A DNA stretch of 64,000 nt from IMG/VR virus record IMGVR_UViG_3300007516_000001; one strand, written 5' to 3'. Shown here one piece after another: positions 50,692 through 59,704 of this stretch (within the stretch, counting starts at the first letter, position 1; the number at the start of each line of letters is the position of its first letter). The position numbers and the translations under genes are program-made. The DNA is from a virus. A model generated the notes under the pieces. The model saw nothing but the letters and a program-made list of their open reading frames with translations. It was not told the DNA's origin and ran no database searches.

Positions 50692-52124
50692 GAAAAGAAG
50701 TACACTTGACCATCAATAACAATCGGATAAAGATGGAAGGCAACTACGATATACAGAAAGCTGCCTATGAACATTTCAAATTAAAGGACCCAAATGCCTT
50801 CTTCGTAAGGAGGTATATGCAACCAGGTTGGGATGGATTCAGAAGATACATAACCGAAAACGGTTCTTTCAAGTCTGGTTTATTGGAGAAGATATACCCC
50901 TTTTTAATAGAGAGGGGTGATGTGGTAGTTGAGGATTATAGAGATACCAAGACCTGGAAGAAGGATTTAGAAGAGGTAATTAAAAACCTTAACTTAAGAG
51001 AATACCAGATGGAGGCTGTAGCTGCTATCTATAATAACCAAGTAGGAGATATACAACACCCCGTAGGAGTTGTGAAAGCTGCAACGAATGCAGGTAAAAC
51101 ACATATTGCTTGTGGTATATACAAAGCCTTTAGAAAAAAGCCTACCCTATTCTTAGTTAACCGAGCTGACTTATATAATCAGATTAAGAAAGAGATACCT
51201 GAGGTAATGGGTATAGATGAAGTAGGTTTTTGTCAGGGTAAGAACATAAACTTAAACCATACCATAGTAATTGCCATGGTTCAGTCTTTAAAAAGCCGGG
51301 CAGAAGATTCAGTAATTAAAAAATTCCTAGCCAGCATAGAGGTATTGATTGTAGATGAGTGCGACCTTGCAGAAAGTAAAACCTACAAATCAGTTATTCA
51401 GAAGTGTATAAATGCTTGGGTAAGAGTTGGTATGTCCGGTACAATGTATGAGGGTAAACTTGCCAAGCATAAGTTTGTCCATGAGAACCTTAGACAAATA
51501 TTTGGAGAAGTCAGATATGAGATAACGAACCGAGAACTTATTGATAGGGGTCATTCTTCTGAGGTTATAATTAGAATACGCAATGGCAATACCCTTATTA
51601 AAATACCCAATGACTATGAAGGAGAATACCATAGGGGTATTACTATATCGAAGGAGAGAAACAAACAAACCTGGCTTGAAGTCAAGCACGCACTAAAAAG
51701 AGGCCGCAAACCAATCCTTATAGTATGCAGATACCACTTGCATATAAAGAAACTACATAGATATCTTGCAAAAAAACTAGGAGAAGAGAATACGATAGAC
51801 TGGCTACACCCTGGTAAAGGGAAACTAAGGAAGGAAACCCTAGAGAACTTCAAGCAAGGTAAGATTGATGTTTTAGTATCATCCTTAATCCTTAAAAGGG
51901 GTATGAATCTACCTCTAACAGAAACCGTAATAAATGCCGCAGGAGGTGATGACCCTAAAGACCCACTACAAATCTTGGGTAGAGCAATGAGAAAGAAGGA
52001 GGGTAAGAAAGTGAAATACTTTGTTGACTTCATGGATGAGGGCAAGTATTTAAAGAGGCATTCTAAGCATAGACTGGGCTATTACAAAGCCCAAAACTTA
52101 AAAATTAAAATTCTTGGTAAATAA
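50688..52124 (+). CDS. superfamily 2 DEAD/DEAH-box helicase
   Basis: Motif I AATNAGKTHIA; II LIVDECD; III MSGTM; VI QILGRAMR. Confidence 0.85.
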   Translation: MRKEVHLTINNNRIKMEGNYDIQKAAYEHFKLKDPNAFFVRRYMQPGWDGFRRYITENGSFKSGLLEKIYPFLIERGDVVVEDYRDTKTWKKDLEEVIKNLNLREYQMEAVAAIYNNQVGDIQHPVGVVKAATNAGKTHIACGIYKAFRKKPTLFLVNRADLYNQIKKEIPEVMGIDEVGFCQGKNINLNHTIVIAMVQSLKSRAEDSVIKKFLASIEVLIVDECDLAESKTYKSVIQKCINAWVRVGMSGTMYEGKLAKHKFVHENLRQIFGEVRYEITNRELIDRGHSSEVIIRIRNGNTLIKIPNDYEGEYHRGITISKERNKQTWLEVKHALKRGRKPILIVCRYHLHIKKLHRYLAKKLGEENTIDWLHPGKGKLRKETLENFKQGKIDVLVSSLILKRGMNLPLTETVINAAGGDDPKDPLQILGRAMRKKEGKKVKYFVDFMDEGKYLKRHSKHRLGYYKAQNLKIKILGK

Positions 52125-52135
52125 GGCATACTATA
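52125..52135 (+). promoter_or_regulatory. GGCATACTATA motif, copy 2
   Basis: Exact 11-mer ending 10 nt upstream of the ATG at 52146. Confidence 0.45.
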
Positions 52136-52145
52136 TATATACGTT

Positions 52146-52553
52146 ATGAAGAAAAGAACACCCCGTAAAAAACTCAGTAAGAACAAAGAGTTTAAGGATA
52201 TAACAAAACCCCTAGACTTCTCAAAAATAGGAACCCTTGAAGACCCCTGCTTCGGTAAGCACCATGATGTGAAAGCACCTGAATGCGTATCTTGCGGGGA
52301 TTCGGAGTTATGCCTTATTGCGCTCAGTCAGAAAGCCAAATTGAAAAGGGAGAAACTCGAAGAAACTATAACGTTCAAGGACGTAGAGAAAGATATACCA
52401 GATGAGGAGAACCCAACTATACAAGTACCTAAGTTGATTCGTAAGTACAAAAAGAAAGAATACTCCTTAAAGAAAACCCTTAGACTGGTACTAAAGAAAT
52501 TTCCAGACTCGGATAAAGCCTTTGTTACACGCTTATACAAAAATAAAAACTAA
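52146..52553 (+). CDS. hypothetical Lys-rich protein with a Cys cluster
   Basis: 135 aa ORF with CFGKHHDVKAPECVSCGDSELC. Confidence 0.65.
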   Translation: MKKRTPRKKLSKNKEFKDITKPLDFSKIGTLEDPCFGKHHDVKAPECVSCGDSELCLIALSQKAKLKREKLEETITFKDVEKDIPDEENPTIQVPKLIRKYKKKEYSLKKTLRLVLKKFPDSDKAFVTRLYKNKN

Positions 52554-53389
52554 TGGAAGAACAACTAGAAATATTCGATGGCAATGGGTTTGAACTTATG
52601 TATCGAAAGCAGCATGAGTTTATAGAACTCCTAATATCAAAAAGCCAATTACCTGTAATTGAAACCGTAGCTTTACACCTCGAAACAAAAGAATCCCAAT
52701 CCTTTTTCAGAGAGCTCTCAGGTTTTTATGTAGAGGAATTAGTCGAGGCTCGAATAGCCCTAGCAGAATTAGTAGAGCTTAGACATGAAAGAGGCTTTAC
52801 AACAACTCCCGAATTTTTAACTAAACTCGATGGATTCAATGAAGAAATAGCCGACACTTTTTGTTTTGCCCTAGAGCTATTGATATATGCAGGGGTAAGA
52901 GTAAGTGAATTGGAGAGGTATATAGAACATCAGTTTGTGGATGAACTAGGAGATGAATACAAAGCCTCGGGTTATTGGATAGAGGACAATCTACTGGCTT
53001 CAATGTTGCAACTAGCAAGGGTACAGAATATTAGATGGGGTGCGTATCAATTGAATATTACCCGAACAAATGTAACTTTAACCCATGAAGATGATAGTTA
53101 TTTGAATGTTGCTGGAAGAAGATTAAGCCAGGAAGCCTCACCGGTTTTGGATGGCTTAAACTTTCAGGTAATACAAAACCTATACACGTCACTAAACATG
53201 ATGAAGTCTAAATATTGGAGGGCAGAAGAAGTACCCATCAATGAGATTGACTTAAGAAGAAGCCTCTGCACTTGGTTTATGTCATACCTGCAATTGCTGG
53301 ATATGTACGGAGTAAATGAAATGTCAACCCTTAAAAATTATATAAACAAACATGAGAAGAATCTCAACCGGCAAAAAGAGGGCTATTAA
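52553..53389 (+). CDS. hypothetical protein, possible all-alpha NTP pyrophosphohydrolase
   Basis: 278 aa ORF. EELVEA ... EEIAD spacing is reminiscent of the MazG/dimeric-dUTPase ExxE...ExxD metal-binding motif. This is a weak call. Confidence 0.3.
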   Translation: MEEQLEIFDGNGFELMYRKQHEFIELLISKSQLPVIETVALHLETKESQSFFRELSGFYVEELVEARIALAELVELRHERGFTTTPEFLTKLDGFNEEIADTFCFALELLIYAGVRVSELERYIEHQFVDELGDEYKASGYWIEDNLLASMLQLARVQNIRWGAYQLNITRTNVTLTHEDDSYLNVAGRRLSQEASPVLDGLNFQVIQNLYTSLNMMKSKYWRAEEVPINEIDLRRSLCTWFMSYLQLLDMYGVNEMSTLKNYINKHEKNLNRQKEGY

Positions 53390-54344
53390 GCCCGAAGTCA
53401 CAGACAGAGACTCCACAAAAACCCTTATCTTCGATAACCTTCATGAAGCCTGGGCAGGAGTAAATGAATATCTACTTTGTGAAGAGAAAGAGATATGGGC
53501 TAGAGGAGGAGGTATCTATGGGCCAGAATTTTTATCCTATAATAACATGGTTATTGTAAGAGATTGTAGAATGGACCCCGAGTTTGATTTCGGTTATATC
53601 CTAGGCTACTCTGATAAGAAATGGTCAGGTCTTAAGAACAATTACCTTGATGTTGATTACCTAGATTTAGTGAAGTCAGAGATTAATATGCGTCAGGGTA
53701 AGAAAGCGAAAAGCTATAACTATTCATACCACTTTAAAAACTACCACGGTTCAGGTAAGGATTGTTTAATCTCTTTAATATTTACCAAGAGAATTGACAA
53801 CCCAAAACCTATTGTGGTATTCACAGTTAGGGTATCGGAGGTAACTAAGAGATTAGCCTTCGATTTCTTGATGGTTGAGAGAATGGTTGAATATGTATAT
53901 GGCCCCGACCATCAAGTAGAACTTCATTTTATTGCACCCTCATTCTACATTGCAGCAGAAGCGGTTATTATGTATGATAACTACCGAAAACTTAAGAGAG
54001 TATTGAGGCCCTATAAAGGAAAGCTGGGTAGATTTCAAAAGAAGGTATTAAAGACTTTCAAAGTATTCAAGAAACCTGAGGCATTGAAGATGACCTTCAA
54101 GACTTTCTTAAGGTCGGCAATGCAATTACAGAAAGATGAAAATGGATGGCCTGTGTCAGGGGTTAAGTCCTTGAAGGCTAAACAACTTATTCTATTTCCC
54201 GAATCTATATACCCTGATGGCATGGTATCACCTAAAGAAAGGGCCAAGTATAGAAAAGAGAACTCAATAAACACTCGAACTAAAAAAGTAGAGGTAGTAA
54301 ATGAGTTGCCTAAAAAGAAGAAGAAAAAGAAAGTCAAGAAATGA
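53352..54344 (+). CDS. possible thymidylate-synthase-fold protein 1 (highly divergent) with a poly-Lys tail
   Basis: KDCLISLIFTKR...VVFTVRVSEVTKRLAFDFLMV can be threaded onto the ThyA PCH...QRSCDVFLGLPFNIA segment with a 2-residue insertion. The C-terminus is KKKKKKKVKK. Confidence 0.3.
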   Translation: MRRISTGKKRAIKPEVTDRDSTKTLIFDNLHEAWAGVNEYLLCEEKEIWARGGGIYGPEFLSYNNMVIVRDCRMDPEFDFGYILGYSDKKWSGLKNNYLDVDYLDLVKSEINMRQGKKAKSYNYSYHFKNYHGSGKDCLISLIFTKRIDNPKPIVVFTVRVSEVTKRLAFDFLMVERMVEYVYGPDHQVELHFIAPSFYIAAEAVIMYDNYRKLKRVLRPYKGKLGRFQKKVLKTFKVFKKPEALKMTFKTFLRSAMQLQKDENGWPVSGVKSLKAKQLILFPESIYPDGMVSPKERAKYRKENSINTRTKKVEVVNELPKKKKKKKVKK

Positions 54345-55117
54345 TTGCCATAAGAGAGAACACCCTACGTGATGCGATAGCCGAAGTAGAAGAACAACTA
54401 AGAATAAAGGGTTCAATAGTTGCAACAGAATCATGGCAGGGTATTAAACCTCCAAGAGATTTCTATGAGATAAACAACATAGTTATATCTGCACCCATGC
54501 CTACTGATAATAGTTTAGTTAATCTGGTAGGACAAATACAACCTAATTGCCCCTGGGCTAATATACACTTCGATGAAAGAATTTCAGGAAAACCCCTCAA
54601 CCCAGGAGAGTCATATAAACACTGGCCTTTCTATGGAAGAGATAATCAAATTCGCACACAAGCTGAAAAGTTTAGTCACACGTACATGGAAAGATTCTGG
54701 CCCAAGCATGCCGGACAAACCTCAGAAGTATTCCCCAACCGAGGTATTCGATACGACTACGGGGATTTAAACTCGGTGGTCGAGTTAATTAAGAGAGAAC
54801 CACATACAAGACAGGCCTACCTCCCAGTATTCTTTCCCGAGGATACAGGTGCTTCTCACAAAGGGAGGATTCCCTGCACTATAGGCTACCATTTCATCAT
54901 CAGAAATGGACGTTTGAACCTCAATTATCATATTCGTTCATGTGACTACCTCAGACACTTTAGGGATGATATATATTTAGCGGTAAGACTCGCAGAATGG
55001 GTTAGAACCCAAGTGAGTATACCCGAATTATTGTTGGGAGAATTTTGTATGTTTATATCTAATTTGCATATCTTTGACATAGAAATAGGAAAACTAAAAA
55101 ACCATGGCCCAAAGTAA
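54341..55117 (+). CDS. thymidylate synthase-fold pyrimidine (hydroxy)methylase, substrate uncertain
   Basis: REPHTRQAYLPVFFPED, IPCTIGYHFIIRNGRLNLNYHIRSCDYLRHFRDDIY and SNLHIFD align without gaps to ThyA sRRxxxSxWNP, PCH-20 residues-RSCD and the Asn177 region. Confidence 0.6.
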   Translation: MIAIRENTLRDAIAEVEEQLRIKGSIVATESWQGIKPPRDFYEINNIVISAPMPTDNSLVNLVGQIQPNCPWANIHFDERISGKPLNPGESYKHWPFYGRDNQIRTQAEKFSHTYMERFWPKHAGQTSEVFPNRGIRYDYGDLNSVVELIKREPHTRQAYLPVFFPEDTGASHKGRIPCTIGYHFIIRNGRLNLNYHIRSCDYLRHFRDDIYLAVRLAEWVRTQVSIPELLLGEFCMFISNLHIFDIEIGKLKNHGPK

Positions 55118-55538
55118 TAAGAGAGATATAACCTCAATGGAAATTGCCAAATTGATGGGCCAACGTTCAACTTGCAAAAGGTTGAACGTTGGTTGTATTA
55201 TAACCTATGAGGGTAGAATTGTATCATCGGGTTATAATGGACAACCTGCACCCAATGAAAAGCCCTGCACCGAAATATGTGACGTGGATAAACCCTGCAC
55301 AATAGCCACACACGCAGAATCAAATGCAATCCAGTTCCTACGTAAATACCTAGGAGTAGATGAATTTAATTTACCCCTAACCCTATATGTGACTCATGCC
55401 CCTTGTCTTGATTGTGCCCACATAATCCATGAGGCTCGAATTAAGGAGGTAGTATATGAACACCCATATAGATTAAAGGATGGGGTAGACTTTTTAATAG
55501 GTAGAGATATTAAGGTAAGGAGGTACTATGCGGTCTAA
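55104..55538 (+). CDS. dCMP deaminase
   Basis: Zinc-binding motifs THAESNAI and HAPCLDCA, with size and spacing typical of the dCMP/CMP deaminase family. Confidence 0.9.
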   Translation: MAQSNKRDITSMEIAKLMGQRSTCKRLNVGCIITYEGRIVSSGYNGQPAPNEKPCTEICDVDKPCTIATHAESNAIQFLRKYLGVDEFNLPLTLYVTHAPCLDCAHIIHEARIKEVVYEHPYRLKDGVDFLIGRDIKVRRYYAV

Positions 55539-57696
55539 ATCAACCCATCAATTTATCATAGCCAAACACTGGTCAGAAATTAAGGAGGCTGTAAAACATA
55601 CTAAAAAGACAGGTTACTTTAGCCATGACTTTGAAACTAATGCCGAACCTTTTCACTCTGATGAATCTTGGCCCACTATCATAGGTATGTCTTTCCAACC
55701 AGGGTATTCAATTGTTATACCCCTTAAGCATAGTGAGTCGCCCTTCAACAAAGACTACATAAATATACTTGATTACTTAGCCGAGAATCTCATCATCAAT
55801 GAGAAGATAACCAAGATAGGTTGGAACCTGGCATTCGAGGGTAAATGGTGGAAGAAGTATGGATGGGAGATGGTCGGAAGAAATTTCGATGCCATGCTAG
55901 CTAAACACTTATTGGATGAAGAAAGACCCCATGGCCTAGGCAATACAGTTAATGTAATGTTTGATGAATTTGCAGGCTTCAAGGATGATACAGAACTATT
56001 AGCCCGTCAACATGGATGGGGCAACATTCCTTTACAACCTCTAGCAGAACGTAATGCTCTTGACACAGACTTAACTCTGAGATTGATGCTAAGGTTCGAG
56101 AAGAATCTACAAAGCTTGGGCCTATACAGATTATTCAGAAGTTTAGCCGGACCCCTCAGAACAAAAGTATTGAATGACTTAGAATTTAGAGGCATCAATG
56201 TAGATGGCCCATACTTAGAAGCATTGTCTGAATCTTATGTGGGTCGAATAGCTGATGTAGAGGTTCAACTAAGAAAATTTCCAAGAGTCCTGAGATATGA
56301 GAAATCCCGAAAAAGAAAAGTTCTTGTAACCCTACTTAAAGAAATTGAGGAGAAGATAGAGGTAGCAAAAGAATCAGGTAATGACCGAGTAGCTTTGAAT
56401 GCTGAGAAGAAACTAAACCAATACATAGCAGGTAATATAACTACCAAGAAAGACAGAGAGAGATTAGAACCGATAAACTTCGGCAGCACGGTCCAATTAG
56501 CTGACTTCTTATTCTTCAGTCGCAAGGGCCTTAATCTTGATGTTATTAAGTACACAAAGAACAAACAGACTAAGGTAACTTCCGATAGAGCCTCAGTAGA
56601 TGAAGAGGTACTATTACAATTACAGATTACAGATAAATCAGGCTTCATGGAATTACTCATGAAGAGCAGGAGTCTTAAGCAATTGAACTCTACCTATGTC
56701 CAGGGTATGTTAAACAGAAGAACCCAGGACAATATAATCTATGGTAATTTTTTAGTACATGGAACAGTAACAGGCCGTCTATCTTCAAAGGACCCCAACC
56801 TGCAGAACATACCTAGAGGAACTACTGCTGCCGACATCAAGAAAATGTTTATACCTCCTCCGGGTTACTTACTAATTGAGTTCGATTATTCACAGGCAGA
56901 GCTTCGATTAGTAGCAGAGATGGCGCAGGATATTGCAATGATTGAGATATTCCAAAGAGATTACAACATTCACGTGGCTACGGCCTGTAAAATCAATGGT
57001 GGAATAGACCTCTATAACAAAGTCAAATCTATTCTAAAGGATGAGAATCACCCCGACAACTATTTTTGGGAAACTCAAAAGAAATTTGCCAAGACTATTA
57101 ACTTCGGTATTCTTTACGGAGAAACAGAATACAAACTTGCCCAACAATTAGGAGTATCAATCGAAGAGGCAAAAGAATTTATGAATACCTGGTTTGAGTC
57201 ATACCCTCAGGTAACTAAATGGATTAAAGCCCAACATGCTTTTGCCCGAAAGAATGGATATGTTTCAAATGTATTTGGTAGGAGGAGAAGATTACCGGAT
57301 GCAATGTACACCTTCATGGAGGCTAAGAAAGAAGGTATATTGGGCTTCCATTTAGAGGCTATGCGCCAATCAGTTAACGCACCTATACAAGGCGGGTCAT
57401 CCGACTTAACACAGTTCTCTTCGGTAGTTGCACACTCGGAGAGAATAAAAGGAAATCTACCCAAAGACTTCTTGCAGGTATACACAGTACATGATTCCCT
57501 CGGGTATATTATAAAACCCAAGGACGTACACAAAGTAGTACCCATCATGCTCAACATTTGTAATAACCCTGACACAGAAAAGTATTTCGGGTTTCAAATG
57601 AAGAGCGTAAGGATGAAGGTATCTACGGAAGTAGGTAAAAACTGGGGAGAACTAAAAGATTATGATGCTTGGGAGAGATACGAAAAATGGGTATAA
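55528..57696 (+). CDS. family A DNA polymerase with a 3'-5' exonuclease domain
   Basis: Exo I FSHDFETN. Pol motif A FDYSQAELRL, motif B KFAKTINFGILYG, motif C YTVHDSL. Confidence 0.95.
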   Translation: MRSKSTHQFIIAKHWSEIKEAVKHTKKTGYFSHDFETNAEPFHSDESWPTIIGMSFQPGYSIVIPLKHSESPFNKDYINILDYLAENLIINEKITKIGWNLAFEGKWWKKYGWEMVGRNFDAMLAKHLLDEERPHGLGNTVNVMFDEFAGFKDDTELLARQHGWGNIPLQPLAERNALDTDLTLRLMLRFEKNLQSLGLYRLFRSLAGPLRTKVLNDLEFRGINVDGPYLEALSESYVGRIADVEVQLRKFPRVLRYEKSRKRKVLVTLLKEIEEKIEVAKESGNDRVALNAEKKLNQYIAGNITTKKDRERLEPINFGSTVQLADFLFFSRKGLNLDVIKYTKNKQTKVTSDRASVDEEVLLQLQITDKSGFMELLMKSRSLKQLNSTYVQGMLNRRTQDNIIYGNFLVHGTVTGRLSSKDPNLQNIPRGTTAADIKKMFIPPPGYLLIEFDYSQAELRLVAEMAQDIAMIEIFQRDYNIHVATACKINGGIDLYNKVKSILKDENHPDNYFWETQKKFAKTINFGILYGETEYKLAQQLGVSIEEAKEFMNTWFESYPQVTKWIKAQHAFARKNGYVSNVFGRRRRLPDAMYTFMEAKKEGILGFHLEAMRQSVNAPIQGGSSDLTQFSSVVAHSERIKGNLPKDFLQVYTVHDSLGYIIKPKDVHKVVPIMLNICNNPDTEKYFGFQMKSVRMKVSTEVGKNWGELKDYDAWERYEKWV

Positions 57697-57738
57697 CCGG
57701 CAAACTATATACAGAAACAAAACTAAATAAACATAAAT

Positions 57739-58170
57739 ATGGATATCTCAGAACTCGAAAAAGCAACTATTGATAGGAGCAATGTTGTCATGCCCGGCCT
57801 ACTAAATAACATGGCTTTATCTTATTTTACAACAGCCCTTGCAGAAGAAACTGGAGAAGTTTGTGGGGCAGTAAAGAAAATATTAAGGTCCTATGAACCT
57901 GGAGGTATTAAGCCTGAAAAGATAAAGGCTCTAATGGATGAATTTCCGGATATGGCCCATAGTAATATTATGGAATTATATAGAGGTAGATTAGTAGAGA
58001 ACCTGGAAGGAGAAATAGGGGATGTAGTTTCCTACCTAATTTACATCTGCCATAAATCGGGTTTGAATTTTGAACACGTCCTAATTGAGGGCTTTGTTAA
58101 AAGCTCAGAGAAATGGAACTACCCTATAATGTTCGATGTATTAAATGAGAAATTTTGTAAACCTGAATAA
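57739..58170 (+). CDS. MazG-like nucleotide pyrophosphohydrolase
   Basis: 143 aa ORF with LAEETGEVCGAVKK and LEGEIGDVVSYLIYI (EExxE ... ExxD). Confidence 0.65.
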   Translation: MDISELEKATIDRSNVVMPGLLNNMALSYFTTALAEETGEVCGAVKKILRSYEPGGIKPEKIKALMDEFPDMAHSNIMELYRGRLVENLEGEIGDVVSYLIYICHKSGLNFEHVLIEGFVKSSEKWNYPIMFDVLNEKFCKPE

Positions 58171-58173
58171 AAG

Positions 58174-58767
58174 ATGAGTGAACCAACCGAATTTCGGCCT
58201 CTCGTAGGGCCGGATAACAAATTCAAACCCATGAAACAAATATTTGCAGGCTTTGAGATTGAGAAGAGATTTTTAATCCTATCAGTTGAAGAGGACTTTA
58301 CCAAGAACCAGAGTGGGTCCAAGTTATATAACGAAGTTCTTGAAAAGGGAACTCCTATCGAGCAGGGCTACATAACTGATATGGTTCGAGCAAGAGAAGT
58401 CTTAGAAGAGCTTGGAATAGAACTTGACTTTAGACCGAACACGATACGTTTCAGAAGGTATGGTAGCCAATGTATTCTAACCGTTAAGGATAGAAAGGAA
58501 ACCAAGAAGAGAGAAGTAGAATGGGAGCTAGACCCTAAGGTATTCAAGAAGTATTTCAAGGAAACCAAAGGGGCAAGAGTCTATAAGAAAAGACTGGTAA
58601 AGAATATCAAAGGCTTTGATGTCGAGTATGATGGGTTTGTAGATAGATACCTATTACTCGGAGAGATTGAGGTAGATGATGAGAAGCAACTAGCCAAAGT
58701 GCCTAAGCTCTCTACCGCAGATATCACAGGCCAAAAACAATGGACAAATAAATCCCTATCCAAATGA
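58174..58767 (+). CDS. CYTH-domain (triphosphate tunnel metalloenzyme)-like protein
   Basis: N-terminal FEIEKRFLI carries the ExExK signature, followed by alternating charged beta-strand-like segments (RFRRYG, TVKDRKETKKREVEWEL). Confidence 0.5.
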   Translation: MSEPTEFRPLVGPDNKFKPMKQIFAGFEIEKRFLILSVEEDFTKNQSGSKLYNEVLEKGTPIEQGYITDMVRAREVLEELGIELDFRPNTIRFRRYGSQCILTVKDRKETKKREVEWELDPKVFKKYFKETKGARVYKKRLVKNIKGFDVEYDGFVDRYLLLGEIEVDDEKQLAKVPKLSTADITGQKQWTNKSLSK

Positions 58768-58988
58768 GCAAATTTGATGAGGCCCTTAAGTCTGCGACTA
58801 GAGATATTCTTAGGGGGTATAAAAGAATAATAAAGGGTACAATGGAAGTAGCAGTCTTGATAGATAAATTACCACCCGAAAAACACGCTAAGTACCTTCG
58901 TAGAATACAGAAAAAGCTATTACCTCTTATGAATAAAATGGAAGAACTTGGAGCCATAAAAAAATCTGAGGATGACTTACCCTTTTAA
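58764..58988 (+). CDS. hypothetical protein
   Basis: 74 aa ORF with an ATGA overlap. Confidence 0.55.
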   Translation: MSKFDEALKSATRDILRGYKRIIKGTMEVAVLIDKLPPEKHAKYLRRIQKKLLPLMNKMEELGAIKKSEDDLPF

Positions 58989-59008
58989 CCCTAAATAAAT
59001 AAACCAAT

Positions 59009-59668
59009 ATGAAAATAGCATTTTCCGGCTCAAGCGGTTCCGGTAAAACAACGCTCGTTGAATTTGTATCCGAGGTAACAGACTTAAAACATATATCAGG
59101 CTCTGCTGGCGACGTTAAGCAAGAGGGTGATAAAATGTTACTCGATGAAATGTTCAGATACCCAGGGGGTGGCCACGTAGGAGTAATAAGATACTCGGCT
59201 TTGAATCCCGAATATGGAGTAATGAATCAGAAAATCCTGCAAATGAGGAGGGCTCAGATTATAAGAGAGAATGATAATTTTGTAACCGACCGTTCTCCGG
59301 CTGATAATCTTACCTACTTTATTAATCAAGTAGGTTATCATCCTCACGTAACAGATGCCATGACCCAAGAGTTTATGGAAGATTGTTTAAAAGCCTGGGA
59401 GAACTTGGATTTAGTAGTATATGTGAAAGCAGTTCAACCCCAAGCAGTAGAGGTAAACGGTAGTAGAGTTTCAAATAGGTTCTATCAGAAATCTATTGAT
59501 GCCCAATTTGAATACTGGATTAAAAACTACTTTATACCCAATGCTACGGACGGTCCTGCAGTTTTGATTCTTGATTTTTGGGATTTGAACCGAAGAAAAG
59601 CTGCGGTAACTAATATGATTGGAGATATAGAAGCAGGTATTATAAGAAATACACCCTCCCTCTTATAA
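59009..59668 (+). CDS. P-loop NTPase, putative (deoxy)nucleotide kinase
   Basis: N-terminal Walker A MKIAFSGSSGSGKTTLVEF. 219 aa, a size typical of dNMP or nucleoside kinases. Confidence 0.5.
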   Translation: MKIAFSGSSGSGKTTLVEFVSEVTDLKHISGSAGDVKQEGDKMLLDEMFRYPGGGHVGVIRYSALNPEYGVMNQKILQMRRAQIIRENDNFVTDRSPADNLTYFINQVGYHPHVTDAMTQEFMEDCLKAWENLDLVVYVKAVQPQAVEVNGSRVSNRFYQKSIDAQFEYWIKNYFIPNATDGPAVLILDFWDLNRRKAAVTNMIGDIEAGIIRNTPSLL

Positions 59669-59685
59669 GGCATCATCTTCTAAGA

Positions 59686-59696
59686 GGCATACTATA
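59686..59696 (+). promoter_or_regulatory. GGCATACTATA motif, copy 3
   Basis: Exact 11-mer ending 8 nt upstream of the ATG at 59705. Confidence 0.45.
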
Positions 59697-59704
59697 GGAT
59701 AGCA

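Noticed and set aside
51390-52045. Minus-strand ORFs inside the SF2 helicase gene. Similar antisense ORFs lie in the polymerase (55773-57575), FEN (62461-63228), portal, capsid, sheath-region and fibre genes.
   Set aside because: They are antisense to genes with clear catalytic motifs. There is no independent support, and this is expected by chance in long AT-rich ORFs.
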